From Eledone cirrhosa (lineage: Eukaryota), in the NCBI GenBank assembly GCA_964016885.1, contig OZ024743.1, positions 309,876,001-309,940,000 on the forward strand: DNA of 64,000 nucleotides, read 5' to 3'. Under the pieces are notes generated by a model. The model was not told the DNA's origin, made no database searches, and saw only the letters and a list, made by a program, of their open reading frames with translations. Each line of letters begins with the position of its first letter. Position 1 is the first letter of the stretch. Positions 1 through 16,001 of this stretch are shown here, piece by piece. The position numbers and the translations under genes were made by a program.

Positions 1-559
1 CATCAATAACAAAACATGTATGGTAAATAGATAGAGAAGTTACAGATGTAAAAAGTGACAAGTAAGAATAAAGGTAAGGTACATTAAAATATAATAAAAA
101 GGAAATGAGGAAATGGAAAATACAAAGAAATAAAAGAAATGAAAGAGTGAGATAGTGTACTTAGAGTTAGATTTTAGTAGTTCTTGAGAAAGTGTTCTTT
201 GGTGCTAACATGAGAGGCCAGATTTTAGATGTAGATAAATTTGTGTGGAGGATCCGTAAAATAGTAAACAATAAAATAGAGATTAATTGATGTATATTAT
301 TTATGGGTTGACAGGTCATTTGATAAACGTTCGTTGTAGATGTTTTGTTGGTTGTTCTATCCTAATTAGATTGATGGAGAGAGGGTGGAATAAGTGTACA
401 GAGATGTATGGTCATGTGATGGGTTGGCAGTATGATAGCTAATAGCGGTGTGAAAGTGTGTATTCCATATGTTAAAGTCTAAGGGGTTCAGTACTAATTT
501 TGGGATTACTGGTTCGAATCATGGTGGTTTGAAGTTTGTAAATCTAGTAGCTATTTTAT

Positions 560-945
560 GCCTACAGAAAATGAATCTTTCTATTTTTTTTGTTAAGCAG
601 CATCTTATCGTACCTTCAAATATGTAGCAATTCTAAATTACAGAGCCCGCAGTGGGACATACCGTTGCTGTAGGCCTTTGCTGCCGATAATTTCGACCAG
701 CTAATCTTGTATTCTAGGTTTTTGTCCTTAAGCTTCCAGATTTCACTGGCCAGCGTTGTAGAATTCTCGAGTGCACGGTTTTTCATAGAGTGTGTGTGGA
801 CGTACCACCTTTTCTTAAACTCCCCAGCTGTGGAACCTATGTAGTGCCAAGTAGAATTGCCTGAATTCACAGTACACAGGTATACCATGCTCGAATCTAG
901 GCATCTATTCCGTAGTGGGCACTTATCTGGTAGGTGGCAATTAAT
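560..945 (-). pseudogene. PLE (Naiad-type) Zn-linker + GIY-YIG endonuclease fragment; its 3' UTR runs off the left edge
   Basis: ORF 616..990 reads NCHLPDKCPLRNRC..MVYLC..YIGSTAGEFKKRWYVH..TTLASEIWKLK..W..CGLCNLE, which is the CxC-CPL-C linker, VY/YIG and CxxC of PLE endonucleases. It is frameshifted near 616. Confidence 0.85.
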
Positions 946-1107
946 ACTCCAAGTATAACCCGCATAGAAATTACTGCGAACTCGCTGCATAACTATGGAA
1001 AAAATGTTGTTGAGTCAAACAAAGCCGTACGTTAAAACCATCCACGACGCGGAGTACTCTAACTGGATTACCTCTAACTGGATTACCTATAACGATAACT
1101 TGTTATC

Positions 1108-1149
<42 letters not shown>

Positions 1150-1153
<4 letters not shown>

Positions 1154-2520
1154 ATAATAATAATAAATTTGAAGACTAAAATCCAAAGAGGGCTCGATAA
1201 GGATAAATATATATAAAATATATAAGAACCGTAGAGCAAATATTTATTAAAATAACAGATTAAAGTTTAAGCAAAGAATCGCTGCTTTCACCCTTAACGG
1301 GATCTTCTGAAACAAGCAAAGTCAATCTGTGAACGCAGAAGTGAATATTTCAAAAAACGTTGCAACCGGGGGAAGACAGGAAGATGATACTTTGGTTCGT
1401 GGAAACGTTCCCTGGCAAAGAACGGGAAAAAACGAATATAATAGGTCATTATTTAGAGCGGTGAAAAACAATTACACGCAAATCAAAACCACGTTTATGG
1501 TATAAAAGAAGTCGTAGACTAATATTCTCTTAGGTGGTTCATAGAGATTTCTCTGGCAATGAACGAAAAAAACGAAGATAATACGTCATATGTGGATCGT
1601 GGAGAACAATTGCACGCAAAGACAAAACCACGTAAATGGTATAACTAAAGTCGTAGACTAAAATTCTAAGTAGGAAACCAAACGATTCTCGGCTTCAGAG
1701 TTAAGAATAAAGTAAATAAAATAGAGAGGTAACTGAAATTAAATAAATACATATACGCATAAATATACGTACATACACAAACATACGCGAAAACACTCGC
1801 CATAGGTATACAAATACACGCACATATAAATATGTGTGTGTGTGTGTGTGCGTGTATACAAATAATTAAGTAAACGTATATAAATAAATAACTACGTATA
1901 TAACAAGCGCACACACATACCTACAAGTAAATACACATATGTTCAGAGACGTACGTCAACCAAAACACGAAGTACACGTATACACACACCCTACATACGT
2001 ACGAAACCGCATACTCACATAAACGCAAAACTCACGTATACACATAACCAAAACCATATGTACCAGAATATATATAATATACGCTATAACATATACAATC
2101 AAATATACGTACGAGAAAGTATACGTACCCTCACAAAACTTACAGGTAATATATACTTACCTATGCAAATAAGTAATGGTATAAACATAACATATACTTA
2201 GCTACCGCATCAAGACGTAAAATATCCGCGTATAGATCGTACTATCCGTTAGGGTATAATGTGGGGCTGTAATACAGGAAAGTTTTGTACAATTTATGTT
2301 TACAAGCCGAAACTGCCTCAGATTTTTTGTTTAAGATGTGGTCTGTGGCGTAGAGTATTTCCAGGGCCTCAGCGGCGCAGAGGTCACATGGTCTTTTATT
2401 TCCGTTATACGATCTAGCCCTAACTAGGATCTCCCAGTGTAACTTATATTGGGTGTGGTTGTCTTTGAGACTCCAGATATAAGCTGAAAGTGACGTCATA
2501 TTCCTTCTTAGGGGGTAACG
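1150..2520 (-). mobile_element. 5'-truncated PLE: GIY-YIG C-terminus (2242-2520) plus 3' UTR ending at (TA)n
   Basis: ORF 2242..2499 reads TSLSAYIWSLKD..W..CDLC..E..ILNKKSE..CKHK. The terminal sequence recurs at 14430-14860 (+), 24912-25125 and 50270-50448. A degenerate HHR-like motif (CAGAAGA-TCCC/GGG-GAAA) lies near 1275-1312. Confidence 0.75.
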
Positions 2521-2621
2521 GAAAAGAATGGGTATGCATGTAAAATTAAGTCTGTGTCTGTGTGTCTGTGTATTACCTATAGGGGCCTACATCTTACGAC
2601 AGATTTTCATGAAATACACAC

Positions 2622-2723
<102 letters not shown>

Positions 2724-2924
2724 AACACCACAGACCCTCCATCTCAACTCTATTTTTGAAAAGCAGAACAACTGCGAAACCGCTAAAGGAACCAAATAAA
2801 TATATATATTTAAAAAAAAATAAGACTCCAGTTGCATTTTCGATTTCATCTTTGTTTCTTTATACTTTCACACGTGTAGTACACCTCGGTTATTTTCATT
2901 TTGTAAAAAAAGCCTCACTTTCTA

Positions 2925-3637
2925 ATATATATATATATATAAAATTAAGTCTGTGTGTGTATGTGCGTGTGTGTGTCTGTGTATTACCTATAGGGGCCTA
3001 CATCTTACGACAGATTTTCATGAAACTTAACAGGCTCATAGATTAGTAATCGAGGAGTATTTTCTATATATCAGCGTATCGTTTTTTTTTTTATTCCTGG
3101 GTAATTCTACAGATAAAATCGATAGAGGGGCATCTTTTTTTAGGTATCGAAAAATAAGATTTTTGGCTCTAGCTCCTACATTTTGCCACCGATTTAATTC
3201 AAATTTTAAAGCAAAATAGAATTTATCATCGCACATCCTGCAATGGCATTATACTTTGTATTTGTTGTTCGGGAATGGCGTGGTAGCCGCTTAAGTATTC
3301 AAAAATTCCACTTTTAGACTCAATTAATCAACCTACTTTGTTCAAATTTTACACTACGCTAGATCTGATTATTTCACGTCTTAATGTGGCTTTACATTTT
3401 GGATTTTTTGTTGAGGAATGGCGTGGCAGCCGCTTAAATATTCGAAAATACCACCTTTTCGCTCTAGCTCCCACATTTTTCAACCGATTTCGTTCAAATT
3501 CGAAACTTCGGCTCCACCTCACACATAAATCAATTTATTTGGTTGAAACTTTTATACTACGATAGAACCTATCATTGCACATCTTATAGATGGTCAAAGG
3601 CAAAACGATGGCCACTGACGTTGTCTGAGCTTTTAGT
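2925..3637 (+). mobile_element. Probable non-autonomous Helitron-like element
   Basis: It starts TCTA(AT)nAAAATTAAGTCTGTGTG, has repeated CCGATTT..TCAAATT sub-motifs, and ends in a weak hairpin + TTAG/T. The 5' part is duplicated at 2540-2615. Confidence 0.4.
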
Positions 3638-3825
3638 TGTGTATTTGAGAATTCATCGGTTTCCAATCAAGTAGCGTGAGGAAATTTGGCTTAGTGTTGG
3701 AGGTCATTACCTCCCTCCCCCAGCATGCACCTTCGTCAGTTTCCCGCGTTTCTCAGTGATAGAGGTCATCACTACCCTCCCCCGCATGGCCTGTGTGTGG
3801 CCATAGATGAGTCATCGAGAAGCAG

Positions 3826-6092
<2,267 letters not shown>

Positions 6093-6161
6093 ATATATAT
6101 ATATATATATATATATATGTAAATATATATATTTACATATATATATATGTATATGCATACA

Positions 6162-6244
<83 letters not shown>

Positions 6245-6245
<1 letters not shown>

Positions 6246-6432
6246 GCGCTGGCCTTGGCACCTCCCCCCACTTGTCCTTTATCCTTGTTCTGGTGACTGA
6301 GCTCGATGGAGCCTGAAACCTTTGAAATATTTTTGTTTATAGGCTCTGATGATTCCTCCCATAGGGTATGGATGAAACACTGTTAGCAAATAAAACAATG
6401 TATTTCTAAGCACTCTTTGGTTATTCCTAAAC
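6245..6432 (+). mobile_element. Solo PLE 3' end (pLTR) with hammerhead (core 6346), in (TA)n
   Basis: GCT-CTGATGA-TTCC..GGAT-GAAAC-ACT-GTT-AGC. It belongs to the same family as 8341-8499 and 12169-12327. Confidence 0.75.
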
Positions 6433-6815
6433 TTATATATATATATATATATTGGAAAATGTGTGAGATTCTTGGTACAGTTAGGTATACTTGAAAAAAG
6501 GTAGATAATGACTTCACTTGTAGTGTTAACATTTTTTTGATTTTATGTTATAATATAATATAATATAATATAATAATATTATGAGTTGGTAGATCCAGTA
6601 AGTTCTTTGTTAACTTCGGTGGGAAAAATTTTAGAGATTTTTGGTTAACTTGGGTTGGAGAACTTTCTCGCATTCGTCTGTCTGTCGCGATTGTCAAACT
6701 GAGGTCAGGTTGTGTTGAAATGTATGACTATATATAAGAGAGATTTGGATGTGTCCGGGGTGTGGCGTGTGGTGTTAATGAGTGTTTTTGATGATGAAGC
6801 TAGGAGGATTTAAAG

Positions 6816-6901
<86 letters not shown>

Positions 6902-7224
6902 CATTCAGAAAATGGTGAGGTTGTAAGATAAGGGTGATTGTCTCCTGCTGGTTTTATTTCATTAACTGACCTTTGATGAGTATATAATGGCATAGCTCTT
7001 CCAACTCCATAAAGAATATCTTCTACAGATTTCTACATCAAAGATGAATTTTGGTGGTTGTCTGGGTTTTAATGAGGTGTAAGATATGTCTTTTGATAAG
7101 AATGGGATGACAGCAAAAAGAGAAAAGAAGTGTAGTTTGGGAATATTTGTCAAAGATGAGTTGTTGGTATTGGTCTGGGAGAGGAAGTGTGGGAGGGACA
7201 CGTTGGCTTACATATTCACTTCCT

Positions 7225-7417
7225 TATATGTAAATGTATCTACAGTCCATATACACTACATACAAATACATATAAACACATATATACATACATGTATATA
7301 AATACACACACACACATATATAAATATATATATATATATACACACATACATACGCATACACACGCATATATATATATATATAAATATACACACACACATA
7401 CATATATATACACACAC

Positions 7418-7448
<31 letters not shown>

Positions 7449-7704
7449 CATATATATATATACACACATATATACACACACATATACGTACACATACCTA
7501 CACATATATAAACACACATACCTATACACCCATATATACACACACACACACACATTTTATATATATTTTTTATACACATACCATATACATATATACTACA
7601 TATATGCACATATATATATATACACACACACACATATATATATATATACACATACACACACACCACACATATATACATATTATACAAACACACATATATA
7701 CATA

Positions 7705-7768
<64 letters not shown>

Positions 7769-8232
7769 GCACACACACACACACACACACATACAAACAT
7801 ATATATGTACATATATACATACACACACACACATATATATATATATATATCTCAAACATACATACACATACACACTAAACATACATATATATTATACATG
7901 TATTGTATATACACATACATGCATATATATATATATATATAAATCCTATACATACATATACATATATTTCAAACATATACATATATTCATATATTTACAA
8001 CCACCACATCTTTTTCTACATACATATATGTACATATATACACATATATATCATATACACACCCCATATATATATATATATTTTTTTTTTACACATATAC
8101 CATACATACATGTTATATACACACCATATATATCCTATACATCCTATATATACACTATACATATCCTACATACATATTATATATATCTCCCACATATATA
8201 CACACATACATACATACACACATATATATATA
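7225..8232. repeat. Compound (TA)n/(CA)n microsatellite field; similar fields at 12590-13110, 15445-15795, 22390-23060, 27840-28440, 30910-31487, 51200-51700
   Basis: Directly visible dinucleotide and tetranucleotide repeats. Confidence 0.95.
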
Positions 8233-8340
8233 GTTTCGTTTACAAATATATCAATGTGCCCAGACACGCAGATATATTGCCCTTGGTATGACAGTGTAGT
8301 TTTAGCTCAATGTAGGATAACTGGTATACTACAGAGCCGT

Positions 8341-11300
8341 TATAGGTTTAGGAATAACCAAAGAGTGCTTAGAGATACATTGTTTTATTAGCTAACAGTG
8401 TTTCATCCGTACCCTAAGGCAGGAATCATCAGAGCCTATAAACAAGAATATATCAATAGTTGCATGCTCCATCAAGCTGCGTCACCAGAACAAGGTTAAG
8501 GGGCCAGCAGGGGATCTCGAGGCCAGCGCTAAATAGAAACAGACGCAATTCATGACGCATATAATGTCATAAAATGTCATAAAACATGTCATAAAAAATG
8601 TCATGAAAAATTACATCAAAGGTCACATCATAAATTTATCATTTACATGGTGCAATAGATGACAAGGAGGTTGGGGGGAGGGTAGCAGGGAATGGGTGAA
8701 GGTGTTACTCAGCCTGATCAAAAACAATAAAAACATAAAAAACAATAAAAAACGTAGAAGCAAAACACCAAAAGAAACAAACAAATCAAGGTATAGATAC
8801 ATCAAAGCTCAAGCAGTGTAGATACAGGTTATACAGGCAGATTAAAAGATCTTGCAAACATGAGTCTGTGAGAAGGATAGTTGATGCAGCTTTACATGTA
8901 GGATTGTCTATAGGAAGGTTATAAGGCTTGTAATAGGTCGATCTTCCGTATCTTATCAGCACACTACGGACAACATCCATTGGTTCCAGTTCCGATCGTT
9001 AGGTGAAGTAACACTATGTTTTCAAAACATATACTCCGGGGATTTATCCGGATAGGCAGTCAGCGATAAATCCCTAACTCTAAAATAAAATAAAGTACGA
9101 TGAGTTGAAGAAAGGTAGGGTATATGTACAGCCGGCATTCCAGTGAGGAAATTGAAAATACGATAGGTCCGCAATAACTGCAATCTCCCAAAGTCCTCAC
9201 GTTTGGTCAGTCAACCCAATGTCCCAAGTGAAATTCACTGTAAGGCCGAATAGGCATCGAAACAAATTGTCATACAGTATACAATTATACCGTTGTAAAT
9301 GTAAATCGTGATGGCTATTCCGTCACATACAGAAGGTGTGTACAGAGAACTCCGCTTCCAGAATTACCTATGGCAGAGTGAAGGAAAAGCAGATGTGGTT
9401 ACAATAATAAGCGGATTTATTAGAGTGGGTGCAAATTTCTGTAGAAAATATAGAAAACTCACGGCTAAAACTGTCAATGACAACTAAGTTATTTACATTC
9501 CGACACGTGGTTTTCGTGTAGATTACCGAATCCGGAGGTTGTAATCTATTCACAGTCGGGTGTGACCCCTCCTGGGTCGGCCGGAAGTCAATATCTACTG
9601 TCGCACACTGCCTTGAGTGTGGTTCTATCATTCATCATATTTGCAGCACAATTCATATTCAGCAATTTCAAAATTCCAAAGGTTAGCCTCTCACTAGTAA
9701 AACACAACGGTTGTCAGAATATAAACGCAGGTAATCGTAGTGTGCTTATGAAAAGTATGGGAGGCAATTCGTGTCATAAAGGGCGGATTCACTAGATATC
9801 CACGGGACGCTTGGGGCATATCATTTGTTCGATTCAAACCCCTCAGCGACCAACCACTCCTTCCCCCCGGGGCTTGATCGATTCTGCGGCACTCAGACCA
9901 CATCATTTTCTCTCTTATTTCACTATACTATATTAGGGTCAAGTCCATCCGGACCCCGGTTGCCCAAACCATTCGCTTTATAGCTGCGGCGGAGTTTGTT
10001 GGGCTTTCGATAGACTATTAGGCTGTGCTATCAGTTAGCGCATAATGGGTGCGTTTATAAACCGTATCATTATGGTTAGTGTGGGTAGGTGCCTGCATAG
10101 GGTCAAGCTGAGCTAGGTATAGGGAAAAGCCTTAAGCAGGTTGTACCCTATGTGTTATTGGTTAGTGGTAATAAGATGAACTAGGGAAGAGAGGAATAAA
10201 AAAAGTAAGCGAGAGGGGAAGAGAGAAATGAAATAGGAGAGTAGCCCATATACACTTGATGGGCAGTTAATGTTACAGAGAAACCAGGAACCAGGGTGGC
10301 ACGATTTTACGTAGGCCTGACAGGGGGAGGTGTGCAAGTCCTACAGCGTTAGCTAATTGGTCTAAAGTAATAGAAGGAGCTAAGATTTATGTGCGGGCAA
10401 GAAGAGAATATATCCGATTTCCTATTTAGCAGGTTCAGTTTGGAGTATATTATGGCGTGTGATTCAGAGAGACAAAGGTCACAGGTCTTGCTAGGGGGTC
10501 TGTACTGCAATGATTTAATGCTGATTCTCCAATCAAGCTTGTATTGAATATCAGTGTTCTTCAGGAGGGATATGTAACTAGCTAGGGATGTGGTATTATA
10601 AGTCTATCATGTCTAAACGTAAGCGATAGGAGTTGTATCTAGTCTTAAAGGAGGTCGATATAAGCCCTATATATGTTTTGGACGAAGTCCGAGTTGTAAC
10701 TTCACAAGCGTAGACAATATTGTTTATAAGGCATAGCCCCTTCAGGGGTCACTGAGCCTTTCGTCTGCAGTTACATTTGCGGTGTAGGTCACTCCGCGGT
10801 ACAGGAGATTTTTGGTTTTCCGTACGCTCCAGATTTGGTGACCGTACATCAGATGTGTGGATCGTACTGCTGGGTAACGCCGCATCCGGTCCGTCTAGTG
10901 GCTGCGGGTGTCCCACAGATGCAATGGTATTGAAACCCTTTCTAATTTTTTGTTGTTCGTTATGGCTAGGTGACGAGCTAGATTTGGAGTGGTGGAGAAT
11001 GATAGTTTAATTGTGTTTTTATTAATGATACTATGGTATTTACTACCGGAGGGGGGGGGGTCTTTTCCAAGATAGAAAAGAATGCCTTTGGTATATTGGA
11101 TTAAAGTAAGAATTAGATCTTTGCCTATTTCTTTTTTTCGTACAGGGGGAATAGTTTTCCCCGCGCGTAGACACCCCACCTTCTGTGGTAGAGAGAACCT
11201 GGAGTGGTAAACTAACCCGGAGGGGTTCGCTGGTTTCCCTGTCGTTCCTATTGTATCTCGGGTTTCTAGCTTTTATCCTACTGTCAGTATTATTGCTATA

Positions 11301-12327
11301 CCGATGAGGCATGTTAAATGGAGTCATTTGGGGTTGGTCGGAGCCGCCTACTGTACCCGTGTTGCTCCTATTTTTGTGTCCGCCTCCATTAAGCAAAACC
11401 ATATTGTGCGTGATTACATTATACTGTCCGGTCCTGGTGGTTTGGGGGTTGTTAGGTATATAGTATATTTTTTCTCTAAAACCGGACTTTGCTAGTGCCT
11501 TATTATAGTACCTTGCATTAGACCTAAATGCATCCTCATTATGTGATAGTCTGCTAATCCTATTAGATACCCATTTAATTATGGCATTTAGGACGGGTTT
11601 AGGGTGGTTGGAATTGGCATCTACGTAAGTTACCGTTTCATCCGGCTAGTGATAAGGTAAGAAGTATTTGTTTTCCAGATCCAGGGTCACGTCTAGAAAG
11701 TTAACCGTTTTATTATTTATGTCTATCGTTAAACTAAGGTTAATGCTTTTGAAGAATATATAGGTCTTTCTCGTCCTTTTTATATTATGTTTTTTTATAT
11801 TCAATAGTGAACAGGGCGTCGTCCCGGTACAGCCCGCCTCTGAAATGCGGGAATGTTTTATGTAGTTCATGGAGGAGGTAAAGTCCAACTAAATAAGTTT
11901 CATGTGCCGAATCGCTGGACCCCATTGTGATATCGAAGTTATTCGGCGTGTTCTTCCGGGTCCAAAGCTGCTCCTCGAAGATGATGATAGTTCTCCGGGC
12001 AGCAATGATAATGTCAATTTGGCATCTAGTCAGGTCACTATTTTGCATAGCTAATATAAGGGCCTTATTTAGAAGGATGGGCGAGATGGAAGTGTAGTAG
12101 GAATTGATATCAAATTGGATGAACTTCAGGGACTTATGGTTACTAATGCTTGAGAACCATTTAACTATTTAACCTTGTTCTGGTGACGCAGCTTGATGGA
12201 GCATGCAACTATTGATATACTCTTGTTTATAGGCTCTGATGATTCCTGCCTTAGGGTACGGATGAAACACTGTGAGCTAATAAAACAATGTATTTCTAAG
12301 CACTCTTTGGTTATTCCTAAACCTATA
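8341..12327 (-). mobile_element. 5'-truncated Naiad-type PLE with about 2 kb 3' UTR and about 158 bp terminal inverted HHR-bearing ends
   Basis: 8341-8499 is the reverse complement of 12169-12327, and both carry the hammerhead. RT and endonuclease fragments lie between them. Confidence 0.85.
10380..12165 (-). pseudogene. Decayed PLE RT + GIY-YIG ORF
   Basis: Fragments read FIQFDINSYY, FDITMGSSDSA..LVGLYLL..GGLYRDD, VNFLDVTLDL, YHSIINKNTIKLSFSTTPNL, CNCRRKAQ*PLKGLCLINNIVYAC..YIGL and CDLCLSE. There are several frameshifts. Confidence 0.9.
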
Positions 12328-12597
12328 TATTTTTTTTTTTTTCTACTAACATTTTAAAGGGTCCGTCTAGCTGCCGATAATAGAGTCGGATAAGATCGAT
12401 ACAGATCGAACCTTGAGCTGATCAGTGGCGAAACGCGCGTCACCTACAAATAAATGTAATGAAGGAGTAACCAATCGTCCTTGTTATCCTTTCAATATAT
12501 TACACTCTGTATAGCTCTACAGCTCAACACAGAAGTGAACCTAAACATCGAGTGCTCAGCCGAGTGAACCTGTAGTAACTCCAAGTTACACTCCCTA

Positions 12598-12652
<55 letters not shown>

Positions 12653-13299
12653 CATATATTTTGATTATGTGAATATCTTCATTTATTAAAATTTTGAATA
12701 ATATTATATATATATATCTCCCATATACACACATATATATTTTATGCATACACACATACATATACACACACATATATACATACACACACACACGCAACTA
12801 CATATACATACATATACACATACACACATATATATATATTTTTACATATACATATATATATACTACATATATATACATATAAATATATTATACACATATC
12901 CACACATACATATGTACAGACACATACATATATATACACACATATCTATCTCACACTTACGCACGTGTATACGTACACACATATACAAATATACACACAC
13001 ATATGCACACATACACATAAACGTGTACACATATATTTGTATACTTACAGGCACATATATAAAAAAACACATCTATACATACATATATCTATACACACAT
13101 CCACTCAAGTGTTTAAGTTCATATATACATTGCTGTGGGGAAGGGGAAATTAATGAAATGTACCTCTGAGGGTTTTTCTTCTCTTCAGCGATCGAATGTT
13201 TGAAAGTACGGGTGTCATCAACTATTTTTCTTTTTCAATATGAGATTTTTTTAAATAAAAAAGAGGAGGAGAATCCCGTTGCTTGAAAATGGAATATCA

Positions 13300-13950
13300 C
13301 TTTTTGTGTTCAGTAGTGGTTTGTATTTTCTAATAAATAATTTTTCTTTATATTTTCGGAAGTGTTCTTTGTCCGACCATATCTTAAAGAGGGGGAAAAT
13401 TGTGAAATTTCCTTTCCGCATGTTGCAAAGTGTTCACTGCATGTGGTGTTTCTGACAGAAGGGTCTCTAATTTGTTGTTTATGTACTCGAACTCTGTCAT
13501 GTAGATCCGATCCGGTTTCACCAATGTAGTATTCTTTACATTGTGGGCAGGTTGCACAGTAAATCAAGTTTTTGTTTTGCAATTCATGTTTGCATTAACT
13601 GTGAAAGACTGGTTGTTTTTAAAGGAGATTTGTCCATCCTCTTCAATGAGTTTGCAAGTTCCGCATCGAGGGTCCGCGCATGACTTAACTTGCATTGTTT
13701 TTTATTAAACGTAAATTTTGCCTTGGTAAGCAGTTTCATTAGCTTGGGTGTTTGGCGTCTACTATATATAATATGTTCCTCTTTTATGGGTGCATTCATT
13801 TTGGGACACTGCGGGAGAATCGGGAGATATTGTTTGGCGGCTTTTACAACGTTGAAGTTCCTTGGATTGTGAGTCATGACAAAAGGGGTAACTGTTTTTT
13901 CCATTCTATTTTGTTGCTTTGTTTTTCTCAGTGTTGTCACTGGGATGTTT
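13300..13950 (-). pseudogene. PLE (Neptune-like) linker + GIY-YIG fragment
   Basis: PFVMTHNP..YSRRQTPKLMKLL followed by NLIYCATCPQCKEYYIGETG..RVRVHKQQI..SEHF (CCHH-type endonuclease). It is distinct from the Naiad-type copies; the clade name is from recall. Confidence 0.8.
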
Positions 13951-14420
<470 letters not shown>

Positions 14421-14892
14421 TTATATATATATATATAATTAGAATTTTAGTCTACAACTTCTGCTATACCATTTACGTGGTTTTGTCTTTGCGTGCTATT
14501 GTTCTCCACGATCCACATATGACTTATTATCTTCGTTTTTTCGTTCATCACCAGAGAACGTCTCTATGCACCACCTAAGAGAACATTAGTGTACGACCTC
14601 TTTTATACCATAAACGTGGTTCTGTCTTTGCGCGTAATTTTTTTTCACCGCTCCTATTAATGACGTATTATTTGTTTTTTACCGTTCTTTGCCAGCGAAC
14701 GTTTCCACGAACCAAAGTATCGTCTTCCTGTCTTCCTCCGGTTGCAACGTTTTTTGAAATATCCAGTTCTGCGTTTACAGATTGACTTTGTTAGTTTCAG
14801 AAGATCCTGTTAAGGGTGAAAGTAGCGATTCTTTGCTCAAACTTTAATCTGTTATTTTAATATATATATATATATATATATATAAATATATA

Positions 14893-15262
14893 CAGTATTT
14901 ACGTATCGAGAAAGAGAAAAAAAAGGGGAGGATAGGTGATACATATAGTTATTTGCCAAGTAGCGTATGCCAAAGGTGCTCGATACTAGTGCCGGCAGTA
15001 TTAAATATTCGAAGTGTTAATATTTAGTGGGCTAGAGATTTAGCAGAGCGTAAGCACGTGGGAAAGTAAAAATTCGGAGAATAGACCGTTAAAACATGTT
15101 TATTTAAAACGGCACCTACGTACGTTTCGCCCAGTTGGGCTTCTCAAGGGCATAAATAATCAAAAGTGTTCCTTGAGAAGCCCAACTGGGCGAAACGTAC
15201 GTAGGTGCTGTTTTAAATAAACATGTTTTAACGGTCTATTCTCCGATTTTTTACTTTCCCAC

Positions 15263-15263
<1 letters not shown>
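14893..15263. mobile_element. Inverted pair of PLE 3' ends with a U3:A8-variant hammerhead (core 15173)
   Basis: TTGAGAA-GCCCA ac TGGGC-GAAAC-GTAC-GTA occurs on both arms. It is the same family as 34500-35485. Confidence 0.8.
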
Positions 15264-15304
<41 letters not shown>

Positions 15305-15508
15305 ATACACATATATATGAAACACTGTTTTGATGAGAGTCCAGAGCTCGAAATATGCATAGTCAGTTTTTCTCTACTGCTACTTCTCGAATCCACTAGA
15401 CGATGCTGGCTGTCATCCTTTAAATATTCATAGCAGGACTATTAAATATACACATATATGTATGTATGTATGTACGTATGTACGTATGTATGTATGTATG
15501 TATGTATG

Positions 15509-15539
<31 letters not shown>

Positions 15540-15548
15540 GTATGTATG

Positions 15549-15754
<206 letters not shown>

Positions 15755-15756
15755 CA

Positions 15757-15796
<40 letters not shown>

Positions 15797-16001
15797 AAAT
15801 AATTAGTGCTCGACGACTGAGCTCACGCCGTTGCGAAGGATGGATTTGTTTAGCTCAGGTAAAAACTTTGCCATACCTACACTCAACTATTAAGTATTAC
15901 ATATTTACTATTAAGTTCTTAGTTGAACAAGGGTCTTGCTAGTTAAAACTTTTATATATATATATATATAACTTTATCCCGGGTATATATATATATATAT
16001 A

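Noticed and set aside
7187-8391. Long ORFs rich in YI/HT/CV dipeptides (also near 12.7k, 15.5k, 22.5k, 28k, 31k, 51.5k, 56.8k, 59k)
   Set aside because: They are translations of (TA)n/(CA)n/(GA)n microsatellites, which lack stops by construction.
12370-12450. Hammerhead 3' half GAAACGCGCGTC (similar partial motifs near 28810-28835 and 50500-50550)
   Set aside because: The matching core half is missing or mutated. These are probably decayed copies and are not callable.
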